Source: Leucoraja ocellata | Taxonomy: Eukaryota | Direction: 5' to 3' | NCBI GenBank assembly: GCA_036785375.1 | Contig: JAWMAR010000217.1 | Coordinates: 3,038,001-3,102,000, forward strand | DNA: 64,000 nucleotides | Part shown: positions 38,620-51,332 of the stretch, piece after piece | Position numbering within the stretch: position 1 is the first letter of the stretch | Layout of the letters: every line of letters begins with the position of its first letter | The notes under the pieces: generated by a model | What the model saw: the letters and a program-made list of their open reading frames with translations, nothing else | The model's database searches: none | What the model was told of the DNA's origin: nothing | Program-made: the position numbers and the translations under genes

Positions 38620-39253
38620 AATTTCAAGTTCAAGTTCAAGTGAGTTTATTGTCACGTGTCCCTGTATAGGACAATGAAATTCTTGCTTTGCTTCAGCACA
38701 CAGAACATAGTAGGCATTTACTACAAAACAGATAAGTGTGTCCATATACCATAATATAAATATATATACACATGAATAAATAAACTGATAAAGTGCAAAT
38801 AACAGAAAATGGGTTATTAATAATCAGAGTTTTGTCCGAGCCAGGTTTAATAACCTGATGGCTGTGGGGAAGTAGCTATTCCTGAACCTGGACGTTGCAG
38901 TCTTCAGGCTCCTGTACCTTCTACCTGAAGGTAGCAGGGAGATGAGTGTGTGGCCAGGATGGTGTGGGTCTTTGATGATACTGCCAGCCTTTTTGAGGCA
39001 GCGACTGCGATAAATCCCCTCGATGGAAGGAAGGTCAGAGCCGATGATGGACTGGGCAGTGTTTACTACTTTTTGTAGTCTTTTCTTCTCCAGGGCGTTC
39101 AAATTGCCGAACCAAGCCACGATGCAACCGGTCAGCATGCTCTCTACTGTGCACCTGTAGAAGTTAGAGAGAGTCCTCCTTGACAAACCAACTCTCCGTA
39201 ATCTTCTCAGGAAGTAGAGGCGCTGATGAGCTTTCTTGATAATTGCATTAGTG
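38620..39253 (-). mobile_element. Rex1/Babar-type LINE 3' fragment
   Basis: KKAHQRLYFLRRLRR...FYRCTVES...DPHHPGH...PSGRRYRS; (ttgaac)n tail. Confidence 0.9.
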
Positions 39254-40407
39254 CAATTATTAAGATTATGCATTTTAATGCATTGCTCCTATCCATTTGG
39301 AAAACGACACCCAGAAAATACCTGGCAATGTTAGATTGCAGTGACAGGTCAGGGCGATTCATTAAGGTGCCGAAACACCAAACTGCTTCATATTGATTGA
39401 GGAAGAGCTTGGCAATGCAGCGCAGTCACTGAGGCAACAAAAGAGGTGTTATATGAACATTTTGGAAGTCTGCATTGTGAGTAAACTTGTATGCCTGCGA
39501 TATCTGATGATCACTATTTCAGGAAGCAGGTGAATTATTTTTGTTTCGAGAGTAATTGCATTGTTCAGCACTGAGAAGTCCTGGTATAGATGCACGACTA
39601 GATCTGGCTGCAGAAGATGACTGATCTTGCTTAGAAAATTACATTCAATTGAATCGAGATGGATATCAGTTGGGTATTGTGGGTGTGGATTTCTAGACCA
39701 TCATCATTTCGATGAGATTTTAAACAATCAAAGATAATAGAATCAATGACGTTGTGGATTTGCGTAAGAATTACAAAATCAAATAAATAGCAATGATTTT
39801 TTATAAAGTGGTAATATCACAGCAGGAATATGGTCATCACCTTTCGAGTCTTGCAATGGAGATTTATTAGATTAATTCCGGTGACATACTGCAAAAAGAA
39901 AAACTGGGAATGTTCATTTTAAACAAAGAAGTTTAATGCATCATAACATAAATATATTCATAATATTAAATGAATTAGGAGAGTGAAGGTAGGAAGAATC
40001 TAAATCACAAGCAGGAAAGGGAACCAGAAAGAGTCACCAATGAAATTTCATTGAATTACGATAAGCTGCAAGAAACCATGAAGGATATAATTCTTATTCT
40101 CCTATATTTTTCCATTTTTTTGCATCATAGCAGGAGGCATATATCATGGTCGTGTCATTAGCAGATGTAATAACCCATTCATGAACACAAATCACTTGGA
40201 TGACACGATCGTATAACACCTCAGCAAACAACAAATTTACATGACATTCACATATCGATGCTAGTTATTTGCAATCTAATTTAATTTTTTTCCATCATCA
40301 ACCGAATTAATGCATTAATTTTGACCCTTGTGGATTGTCGTGGTCAAGGAACTATCTTAATGCGACATATATTAATACGAGAAATTTGGCATTAAATAGA
40401 AATATTG

Positions 40408-40886
40408 NNNNNNNNNNNNNNNNNNNNNNNNNNNNNNNNNNNNNNNNNNNNNNNNNNNNNNNNNNNNNNNNNNNNNNNNNNNNNNNNNNNNNNNNNNNNN
40501 NNNNNNNNNNNNNNNNNNNNNNNNNNNNNNNNNNNNNNNNNNNNNNNNNNNNNNNNNNNNNNNNNNNNNNNNNNNNNNNNNNNGTGTAGGAAAGAACTGC
40601 AGATACTGGTTTAAATCGAAGGTAGACACAAAATGCTGCAGTAACTCAGCGGGGCAGGCAGCATCTCTGGAGAGAAGGAATGGGTGACATTTTCGGNNNN
40701 NNNNNNNNNNNNNNNNNNNNNNNNNNNNNNNNNNNNNNNNNNNNNNNNNNNNNNNNNNNNNNNNNNNNNNNNNNNNNNNNNNNNNNNNNNNNNNNNNNNN
40801 NNNNNNNNNNNNNNNNNNNNNNNNNNNNNNNNNNNNNNNNNNNNNNNNNNNNNNNNNNNNNNNNNNNNNNNNNNNNNNNNNNNNNN
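40408..40886. other. Assembly gaps/masked runs (40408-40583, 40697-40886) flanking a Penelope-derived repeat piece
   Basis: N runs. Confidence 0.95.
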
Positions 40887-41510
40887 ATTCAGATTTTGAT
40901 ACTAATTCATTACAGTATTTGTGAAGTTTAAAGGAGATGTTAAAGGAGATATTTGTGGCAAGTCTTTAATCCAGAGGGTGGTGAGTGCCTGGAACGCGCT
41001 GCGGGGGGTGGTGCTGGAGGCAGATATGATAATGAAATTTAGGAGATTTTTGAATAGCATAGAGATATGGAGGGAATGGAGGGATGTAAATTATGTGTAG
41101 GCAGATAAAGGCTGGTCTTGGCATCATTGTGCCGAACTTTGTGGGCCAACGAGCCTGTTCTTGTGCTGTACTGTTCTAAGTTCTATGCTCTACATTTATT
41201 AACAATTTCAATTTAAAAGCACTTGATGATTTTCTGGTTGAAATATCTCGACAGCCGCTTTTGATCTCTCAGTTTATGTTTCATGGAGATCTATTTCTTA
41301 GATATAAAATAGGATTTGTGTTGAATTAGTATAAGTGGGTGCAAGACCAATGGCACAGGCATGGCCGCCAAGTCTGTCTTTGGACGCACTGATGCAGAGG
41401 AGGCTACATTGATAGCAACTAATGTAAGTTAATTAGATGTCTGCCACTTTCCTGACAGGGGTCACTTGAGTCATATCACTGCAAAACATTTTCCAAAAAA
41501 CTACCATAGA
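40887..41510 (+). repeat. Copy 1 of a ~620-bp diverged direct duplication (copy 2 at 46609-47223)
   Basis: Both copies run attcagattttgatactaat...ctgatgcagaggaggctacattgata...caaaacattt..caaaaaactacca. Confidence 0.9.
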
Positions 41511-41511
41511 T

Positions 41512-41513
<2 letters not shown>

Positions 41514-41553
<40 letters not shown>
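41514..41553. repeat. (TA)n microsatellite
   Basis: Directly visible. Confidence 0.95.
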
Positions 41554-41556
<3 letters not shown>

Positions 41557-41622
41557 AAGCCTAAGTAAATGAATCTATAAATTCCCTTGATTGATTATTT
41601 ATAATGTCCATTTGAATACAAT

Positions 41623-41933
41623 ACGGTCAGGCAAACGCCTCCGTTGCCATGCTGTGAGAACGGAGAGGTTGAGAAGGAGTTTCTTCCCAGAGGCCATTCG
41701 GACTGTAAACTCCTATCTCACCAGGGACTAACTTTACTGAATGTTTTTCCTTCCAATATTTAATATGTAAAATAATATGTGTGTTTATGATTGTGTTTAT
41801 AGTTTGTTTGGTTGTTTGTTTGTTCGTCTTTTTGCACAAAGTCTGCGAGCATTGCCACTTTTCATTTCACTGCACATCTCGTATGTGTATGTGACAAATA
41901 AACTTGACTTGACTTGACTTGACTTGACTTGAC
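41623..41933 (+). mobile_element. Rex1/Babar-type LINE 3' end
   Basis: Near-identical to 27251-27550; (acttg)n tail. Confidence 0.9.
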
Positions 41934-43339
41934 GTACTTTACCTCCTTTAATTTCAATGCCTTTCTCAAATGTATTCAGAAGTTATCCTTTCTTCCCATC
42001 ACCTGCTTATGGGATCCGGGCATCACTGGCAACAGTTACATGCCTCGACCTAAATGACTTTGAGAATGTGGTGCTAAGCCACCATCGCAGGTCTCTGCAG
42101 TCCTTCTGGCTAAGGTAGTCGAGGTGTAATTAGATAGCCACGTGGTACTAAGTAAAACATTCCAGGATTTAGGCCTAGTGATGTTAAAGAGCAGGGATGT
42201 ATTTCAGTGATGTGGGGATGCTATGTTATGGAAGGGAGCCTGCTGGTAATGGTATTTCTGTGAACCTGTTACCCTTGCAGATTTAGAGGTGACGCTGAAA
42301 GGTCCTTGGCAATGAGATGGTCCATGCTGCAGCCACAGTGCAGCAGTGGCATCTAGGACTTGTTCTGTACAGTGTATAGCATATTGTGAATCCAACAGAA
42401 ATCCTGTGAAATCAGACTTAGCCATGCTTCGGACCGAACACCTGGCCAAAATGATCAAAGAATTTGAATGTTGGGAAATATTTCTTATATTCTAAACTTG
42501 AGCTCCAAAACTGCAGTTATATGGCTGCTTCAGTAACATTTCTGTTCAATGGTGTTCCTTAGGTTGTTAATGGTGAGGGGCCAGTTGAGGGTAATGTTAT
42601 AGAATATCGAGAGTAGGTGGTTAGTCAATCTTTTGTTGAAGATGGCCATTCCCCCTCATTGCATGATGTCATTGTTATTTGTCACTTTGCTGTCTATGCA
42701 TGAATGCTACATAGGTCTACTTACATGCAGGCATGAACTTTTTTTTTTGAGGAACTACAAATGTGCAACCAGCTCCACTTCCACTGGTTACTGACCTAGC
42801 CCAGGATACTGTCAGCACTGACAAGCAGTAATATAAACTCAGCTATCAGCTTGTATTAGAGTATATAAGTGAGTTCATCACCTTACTGTAAAGTCCTTAT
42901 TTCTGTTTCATATTAATAAGTGTGCATATGTGAACATTGGCAGTAATTCACCACTATATTCACGTTAGAGAATTCCTAATGGAGGTTGGACACAGCATCT
43001 TGGAATATGGCATTTTGTTATTCAATTCCTGAGGAAGGATGGGTTGTAAATGAACATTTTGTTTAAAGCAACCTTTACTGTTACCACGATTTATGGGTTC
43101 TTCATTAGATGCGAGGATCTAGGTTTTACAAAGACTGACCTAAAATTTCCACAAAGCTGCTTGCCACACCTGCACAGCTGAAATCAGGGATGATGACATT
43201 TAGGGTTTCCACATTCATAAGCCTACAAAGAGAAGAAGGTAAAAAAAAAGCAGTTTCATGCAGAGATGCTTACGCTTTTGTGGATTTTTTGGGAATGTAA
43301 AAATGGCATTAGGATTCCAAGGAATCTCAATTTTATAAC

Positions 43340-43552
43340 AAAGGAATTGCAGATGTTGGTTTATTTAAAAAAAAGACACAAAGTGCTAGAGTACTTCAGC
43401 AGGTCAGGCGGTATCTTTGGAGAACATGAATAAATAACATTTTAGGTAAGGAGAAGGGTCTAAAGAAGGGTCCCAATCTGAAGCACCACCTATCCATGTT
43501 CTCCAGAGATGCTGCATTACCTGCTGAGTCACTCCAGTACTCTGAGTCTTTT
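43340..43552. mobile_element. Degenerate inverted Penelope-derived repeat pair
   Basis: aaggaattgcagatgttgg ... gtctaaagaagggtcccaatctgaagcaccacctatccatg. Confidence 0.6.
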
Positions 43553-43569
43553 CTTCCCATTATAATATA

Positions 43570-45727
43570 CTAGACTAAGTGGGACCTGGTGGGTCCCAGC
43601 ATCACATGGGAGGGCTGGTCCCCCAACGCAATATTCCATCTCTCCAGCAATTACAATATTGGTGGCCAGTGGGGGGGGGGGAGCGCTAGTACGGGTGTTG
43701 TGGGCTGAAGGGATTGGTTTCCAGAGGGCTTTGTGGGCCGAATGGATTCTTGGGCTGGCAGCTCAGTCACTCAAGCCTATTGTGCTGGCAGCTCACTCAC
43801 TCACCGCTGGTGGGCTGGCAGTTGACACGGCTCTTCCTTGAAATTCGATTTCAAACAGGGTGCAAGGCCACCAAATTCAGGTGCAGTTTCTTACCACCTC
43901 AAGCAGGTGCAAGGCCAACAAATTCAAGTGCAGTTTCATACCATTTCAAGCAGGGTGCAAGGCCACAAAAGACAGCGAGTCGTGACCTCTCCCTCCTCCA
44001 TCTTGCAGAGACTGAACCATGTCCACACTTCTGGGTTTTATAGTCCCTCCCCCACCCACCAGAAGGGGCATGGCCTTCATGGCATGATTGACAGGAGAGA
44101 GAATCTCGACATTTTTTAAACACTAAAAACTCTTTTATTTGTCATCAATTGGAACATTCCTCGACGCCTGATGAGCGGAGGGGGACTCTAAGTAGTATGG
44201 TCAAAATCACAGCTGTACATGGTAGTGGTTTTTCTAAAATCAATATAAAGCGCAAACAGGAAGTGGTCAAGTTTAGACTTTTAATTATATAGTAGGCAAG
44301 GCAACTTTAATTAGGCAAGGCAACTTTAATTAGGCAAAGCAACTTTAACTAGGCAACACAGCTTTAGCATTTCCAAACCAAAGACAACACAGCTGTAGCA
44401 TTTCCAAACAAAAGGCAACACAGTTTTAGCATTTCCAAACTATATTTTCAAACCGCATTAAGGGCACTGACAGGTCAGTAAAACCACTCACAGTTTAGTA
44501 GACATTTGTTCAGTGTTATTTACAGCTCAGACTGAGAGAAGTGAACCATTCACGCCCCCATCTTGCAGAGACTGACTGAGGCACTCAAAACATCCGGGTT
44601 TGGTCTTCAGGAGAGAGAATCTCAACATTTTTTAAACACTAATAATAGACAATAGACAATAGACAATAGACAATAGACAATAGACAATAGGTGCAGGAGT
44701 AGGCCATTTGGCCCTTCCAGCCAGCACCGCCATTCAATGTGATCATGGCTGATCATCCCCAATCAGTACCCCGTCCGGCCTTCTCCACATATCCCCTGAC
44801 TCCGCTATTTATAAGAGCCCTATCTAGCTCTCTCTTGAAAGCATCCAGAGAACCTGCCTCCACTGCCCTCTGAGGCAGAGAATTTCGCAGCCTCACCACT
44901 CTCCGTTCTAAATGGCTTACTCCGTATTCTTAAACTGTGGCCCCTGGTTCTGGACTCCCCCAACATCGGGAACATGTTTTCTGCCTCTAGTGTCTAAGCC
45001 CTTAACAATCTTATATGTTTCAATGAGATCCCTTCTCATGCTTCTAAACTCCAGAGTGTACAAGCCCAGCTGGTCCATTCTCCCAGCATCTGACAGTCCC
45101 CCCATCCCGGGAATTAACCTTGTAAACCTACGCTGCACTCCCTCAATAGCAAGAATGTCCTTCCTCAAATTAGGGGACCAAAACTGCACACAATACTCCA
45201 GATGTGGTCTCACTAGTGCTCTGTACAACTGCAGAAGGACCTCTTTGACCCTATATTCAATTCCTCTTGTTATAAAGGCCAACATGCCATTCGCTTTCTT
45301 CACTGCCTGCTGTACCTGCATGCTTACTTTCATAGACTGATGTACGAGGACCCCCAGATCCCGTTGTGCTTCTCCTTTTCCCAACTTGACGCCATTTAGA
45401 TAGTAATCTGCCTTCCTGTTTTTGCTACCAAAGTGGATAACCTCACATCTATCCGCATTAAACTTCATCTGCCATGCATCTGCCCACTCCCCCAACCTGT
45501 CCAAGTCACCCTGCATTCTCACAGCATCCTCCTCACAGTTCACACTGTCACCCAGCTTTGTGTCATCTGCATCTTTTATCGATGGGAAAAATCCTCTTGT
45601 CCTGCGTAGCGGAGGGGGACTCTGAGTATGATGGTCAAAAATCACAGCCGTAAGTGGCAGCGTTTTTTCTAAAATCAATATACAGAGCAGCAGGAAGTGG
45701 CCAAGATCAGCCTTTTAGTAATATAGA
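43570..45727 (-). mobile_element. Non-autonomous Helitron
   Basis: Minus strand starts A|TCtatattactaaaa and ends with hairpin tgggacc-cacca-ggtccca then cttagtCTAG|T; no TSD; internal minisatellites. Confidence 0.85.
44645..45571 (-). mobile_element. CR1 family C 3' fragment inserted in the Helitron
   Basis: (aatagac)6 tail; ADDTKLG...RPHLEYCVQFWSP. Confidence 0.9.
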
Positions 45728-46608
45728 TGATTATGTTATATATGTTATAAATATAATTGTATTTGTTGACATCTTATGTCATCTGCTCCACGTAAGTCAT
45801 TTACTGCCATCGAAGGAATGAAGTAGGTAGGGTCTGGAATGGGATGGATGTCTGTTTTAGAAGAGCTACCAGCCAGGAGCCAAAGCAGCAAGACAAGTCT
45901 GTGACCTTCCTTTCATCAATTTGACACCACCTGTCCTTCAGCAAAAGTGAACAAGAGTGCACGACAAAGAGCTATTATGGAATAATGTACAGTCGGCACA
46001 ATGCATCTTGCAGTATTTAAAATTAGCTTGCTGTCTTGGATTTGTTTGCCACTTCACCATCAGAGACCCAAAAGACATTTTCATATAATTCAATATTTAA
46101 TTTAACAAACTTATGTATATAACATTGTCTACATCCTCTGACTCCTCGTCTCTCACTCTTGCTGCAGAATATTTTATTTCAATCTGTTTTTCTTTTGATG
46201 TGAAGTTGAACTCCAGTGGGTTAAATGCTAATGGCAGTGTTCCAGTTTTAGGAACACAGAAAGATTAAGAACACAGCGCCATTCAGCCCCTGGGTCTGCT
46301 GCACGATTCAATTAGATTAGAGTATATCCTACTGTGGTTCAGACAATATAATTACAGTACAAATCAATTGCTGTAAATAACATTAGGAATGTTAAATTAA
46401 GTCTTAGATGGGAAATAAAGAAATATAAATGCTGTTGCTTACCACTGGTGAAACAACAGATCCTCCCATCAGTATCAGTGCTAATCATGTAAATGCCCTA
46501 ATTTTCTTATTTCATCATTATTTTCTTAAAGTAGTTTTAAATTTTAATTTGTTTCTTTCATATTTTATAATTTATTGTAGGGTTTTCACTCGATCACTTG
46601 AACAAAAA

Positions 46609-47223
46609 TTCAGATTTTGATACTAATCCATTACAGTATTAGGGAGATGTTTAAAGGAGACATGTGGGGCTAGTCTTTAACCCAGAGGGTGGTGAGTGCC
46701 TGGAATGTGTTGCAGGGGGTGGTGGTGGAGACGGATATGGTAATGACCTTTAGGACACTTTTGAATAGGCATATAAGGCTGGAATGAATGGAGGGATGGA
46801 GATTATGTGCAGGCAGATAAAGGCTGGTTTTAGCATCATTGTGTCGAACCTTGTGGGCCAAAGAGCCTGTTCTTGTGCTGTACTGTTCTAAGTTATTTGT
46901 TCTATGCTCTACATTTGTTAACAATTTAAATTTAAAAGCATTTGCTGGTTTTCTGGTTGAAATATCTCGATAGCCAATTTTGATCTCCCAGTTTATAATC
47001 CATGGGAATGTATTTCTTAAATATAAAATAGGATTCAGGTTGGATTAGTATAAGTGGGTTCTTGACCGATGGCACAGACTTGGTCACCTAGTCTGTCTTT
47101 GGACGCACTGATGCAGAGGAGGCTACATTGATACAACTAATGTAAGTTAATTCAGTGGCACTTTCTAGCCAAGAATCACTGAGTCATCTCACTGCAAAAC
47201 ATTTTTCAAAAAACTACCAAAGA
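46609..47223 (+). repeat. Copy 2 of the ~620-bp duplication
   Basis: Collinear with 40887-41510, including a CR1 3' fragment and non-repeat flank. Confidence 0.9.
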
Positions 47224-47921
47224 TTAAAATTGAACCTGACTGAAAACAGGTACATGTATTAAAATGCATGTTTAACCATAAGCAGCATAATACATTTGTG
47301 CTGCCTGTACAATTTGGTGTGCAGGGCTGCAGCCCACTGCTCTCTGCAATAGTTAATCACCTCAGCAGGGTGCCTATTTCTTGAGTGTATGAGTAGCAAT
47401 TAGAGATATCTGGCAGCTCCTAAAGGGCAAGTATGCAGTGTCTGGCTCCACAGTCCATTTGAGTTACTTGCAGACCTCCCACCCCAACCTTACCAATTTT
47501 GGGCTTTTAATATAGGACATGGGTTAAATCTCTGTGGTTTGGGACTGCTGAAGGAAGATTACTTGTCTGCCAAATAAACGTAACAAAGCCTTATTCTGCA
47601 AACAATGTCTGCTCCTAATGTGGATTTATGAAAGCTAAAAACAAATCAAAAGAGAGGAGGAGAATTGTTGCCATTTTGTTTTTGCAGTTATGTAGGAGAT
47701 TTTGGAAATTATAAGAACATTGGGTAAATTTGTAATAAGCTTTGAATAAAAGCTTACATACTAGAGAAGAATGTTAGGAAACAAGGCCAAAATAGTCCAA
47801 CTTTAAGGTCAAAATAGGAAAGGCAAGGTTTAGGAAGTGCTTAGATTACAATGCTGGAGTAAAAAATAAATATAGGAGATTGTAAACCAGGCTGAGGAAA
47901 ATAAAACTGATCAGGAAATCA

Positions 47922-48015
47922 GAGGTACACAAAAATGCTGGAGAAACTCAGCGGGTGCAGCAGCATCTAAGGAGTGAAGGAAATAGGCGACGTTTCGGGC
48001 CAAAACCCTTCTTCA
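47922..48015 (-). mobile_element. Penelope-derived repeat
   Basis: ggtacacaaaaatgctggagaaactcagcgggtgcagc...gacgtttcgggccaaaacccttcttca. Confidence 0.75.
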
Positions 48016-48644
48016 TTCCTTTATTATGAGAGTGGTTTTATAAATGACATGGAAAAGAAAGTTTAAGATAACTATGGGGAGAAAAACTACACTGGATGAA
48101 AGACTGCAAAGAAATGTTAATCACTGATGACATTTCAAAAATTAAAAATCCACATGTAACCGTTGTGTCATAGGAATAAAAAGCCTGTAGGTGCTGCGAA
48201 TCATTGACCAATTGGGTTCTCTCAAGAGTGTTTCCTGGTGTACATTGTCAAGGCTTTGCATAAACCAACTTGTTTGAGAAGCTCAGCACTGTTGTATGAG
48301 ATCATCTTTGTGTGCTGCCCCGATCCAAGTCAAACACGCAATTCCCTCCAACACAATGATTCTTAGAAAATGATCGGTGTGAATCAAAGAGAAAAGTGCT
48401 TTGTTCTCTGCCCAGATGCTAGCTTTAGAATGTTCCTTTCTTACTGCCAATTCAGACCTGCAATGACCCTCCTTTCACAAAGCAAAGAGCTACAGCCTGG
48501 CCAGTGCATACATATGGGTGTGGCGGGGGTGAATATAAAGTGCTTAATTATTACACTAAATCTCACTGACCACAGCCATCCTGAGCCAACCCATGCTCAA
48601 GAACTCAAGAAGTTTTCCATTGTGGACCTAGCTATCGCTATAAG

Positions 48645-50682
48645 TAGAGCCAGGATGTTTAGGCGCTAAAAAACTCTGAAATAGGCAGGCAAAAAGCCAT
48701 GATAAAATTACAAAAAAGGCACGAAGAAGGCATTTATTGGCATAAAAAGGCATTTATTTCCACCAAACTATGGTTTAAAATGATAATATATGGGTATACT
48801 ACATTAAATGACCAGAGTTACCTGGTTGCACACAATTACCAGCATTTTTTTCAAAATATCTGGTGTTAAACTGCCGTTTGTCAGACAGAATACGCTTCAG
48901 TTGTGAAAAACTTATTTCTACCTCAGCTGAGGTCACTGGTGCATACCTGAAACAAGCTACAGACTCTATATTCAAGTTGATATCTTGTGCATTACAACTA
49001 CCTTTGAGAACTTTAGCTATGGTTTTTATTTCTTCAAGATCTTTGTTAGCTAAAATCACTCTCTCACGTTATCCAAAAATGTCTTCACCTACATCGCCAC
49101 GAACTTTACGAATGACATCAGTTACTTTGTTGGAAACCTGTAATTTATTGACTAATGTTTTTCAACGTTTCTCAAGGGAAGTGATAGCTTGTGGGAAGTT
49201 TGCAAAATTGGAAGCAATAAACACAAGATCGCAGTGTTGGGACTTTTTCTGCATGATTTCACTAACAATGCTAACTGCAGCAGATTCTTCTTCTTCAAAA
49301 CAGTTGACGATTTATTTTATCTTTTCAAAATTTGCAGCATAGTAGAGAACAGCAGAGAGCCATGTACCCCACCTAGTCAAAACGACCTTCGGAGGTAGCG
49401 GTATCTCGGGTGCCATTTCCTTGAACAACTGCACGCGTAACAGTGCTTTGAGGGAGATTTTCTTGACATTGGAAACTAGGCGATCAACATTTGGAAACAA
49501 ACTACGTATGTGCTTGGCAATTCTATAAAGTCCTTGAGCTAAACATGTCAAATGCAACATTTTGGGGAATAAAACTGTCACAATCAGAAGAACATTCTCG
49601 TGTTTTATACCTTCTGGCCAAAGTACAGCAAGTGAAGATGTAAACAACGGAGCAATAGTTGAGCTGTTTGACTTCTCCAATACTTCCGATGTCAACAAAT
49701 ACTCCTTTGATGGTTGACCTGCCTCCAGTATACCAATGACCACATTGGCAACATATCTCCCCACAGCATCGGTTGTCTCATCTATTGAGATCCATATTTT
49801 ATTGCATGCAACTTCATCTCTAATTTTCTGCACAACAATGTTGAAGTTGCTGTCAACATAATGTTTCCATAATGTTGACTCGCTTGGTATATATTAATCT
49901 GGTTATTTCTCTAAAAAACCTCTGAGAGATTTGTTTTCCAATTTCCACAGTGGAATTCCAGCATCAATGAATGCCTTGCACAGATCACTGGAAAACTCAG
50001 ATTTGTGACTGGAGCCAGCAGTAAATGTAGTGAGGAGCCAAGCTTGGGTATTTTGCTTGGGTAGTCAACACCCCAGCGGTATCAACATTGACTTCTCTAA
50101 TTTTAGATAGCCCTTGTCTTCTCCCTCCCCACCCCCCCTCCCCTTCCCAGCTCTCCTTCTAGTGCCTACTGTCTCCACCTCTTCCTTTCTTCTTCCCCCC
50201 CCCCCCCCCCCCCCACCACCCCACATCAGTCTGAAAAAGGGTCTTGGCCCGAAACATCGCCTATTCCTTCTCTCCATAGATGCTGCCTCACCCACTGAGT
50301 TTCTCCAGCTTTTGTCTACCTTTGATTTTTCCAGCATCTGCAGTTCTTTCTTAACTAGATCTTGGAGAAGACTAAACCAGCGGGCAGCGGCACGAACGAA
50401 TGAATGACCGATGGTGGCGCCCTGGTTTCACCCCCGTGGACGAAGGTTTTTTGTAAGTTATACTATGTTAACACGTTAATAATAACATTAATATTAATGT
50501 GTTAATATAGAAAATGTCATTGTTATCATGGTACAACTAGAAAAAATAGCATGACCTTTTAGCAAAACGGCAAAAAAAGGCTGTTTTAGGCATTCAATCG
50601 TGAAAAAGGCATTATCCTGGTGAAATCATCAAAAAAGGCATGAAAATACACTTATGGCATTTATGGCAAAATCCTGGCCCTA
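48645..50682 (-). mobile_element. Decayed hAT transposon with DUF659/CGGBP1-like-group transposase
   Basis: TIR tagagccaggat / atcctggcccta; TSD gctataag/gttataag; subterminal aaaaaggca repeats; IWISIDETTD...HLTCLA...TRWGTWL...APVTSAEVEISFS in ORFs 49312-49833 and 48799-49059. Confidence 0.9.
50051..50355 (+). mobile_element. Penelope-like element 3' end (GIY-YIG C-terminus, 3' UTR, hammerhead) inserted in the hAT
   Basis: FCLGSQHPSGINIDFSNFR* at 50051-50110, pyrimidine tract, gtctgaaaaagggtcttggcccgaaacatcg. Confidence 0.8.
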
Positions 50683-50714
50683 GTTATAAGTAAAATCATT
50701 TGCAAGAACATTGA

Positions 50715-51332
50715 GCATAGATCATAGAACAGTACAGCACAGGAACTGGTCCTTCAGCCCACAATGTTTCTGCCAAACATGATGCCTAGCTGAACCAATC
50801 TCCTCAACCTGCACATGATCCATATCCCTCTATTCTCTGCACTTCCATGTGGCCTCTCTATAAGCCTCTTAAAAGCAACTATTGCATCTGCCTCTACTAC
50901 CACCGCTGGCAAAACTTGCCCCACACATCTCCATTAAACTTTCCCCTCCTCACCTTATAACTATGCCCTCTAGTCTTAGATATTTTCCCCATGAGAATAA
51001 GATTCTGACTGTCTACCCTATCTATCCCTCTTGTAATTTTATATCTTTCTATCAAGTCTGTCCTCAGCTTCTGACGTTCCAGAGAATATAATCCAAGTAT
51101 ATCCAACCTCTCCCTGCAACTGAGACCCTCTACTCCAGGCAGCATTCTGGTAAATCTCCTCTGCACCCTCTGCAAAACCTCCACATCTTTCCTGTAATAG
51201 GGCAACCAGAACGGCAAGCAATACTCCAAATGCACCCTAACCAAAGTCCTATAAAGTTACGTTATGACTTCCTGACTCTTATACTCAATGTCCTAGCAAT
51301 GAAGGCAAGCATACCAGATACCTTCTTTGCCA
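50715..51332 (-). mobile_element. CR1 3' fragment
   Basis: VRVHLEYCLPFWLPYYRKDV...VQRRFTRMLPG. Confidence 0.85.

Noticed and set aside
43850-44440. Short direct-repeat arrays resembling a CRISPR array
   Set aside because: Tandem minisatellites without unique spacers, inside a eukaryotic Helitron, with no cas genes.
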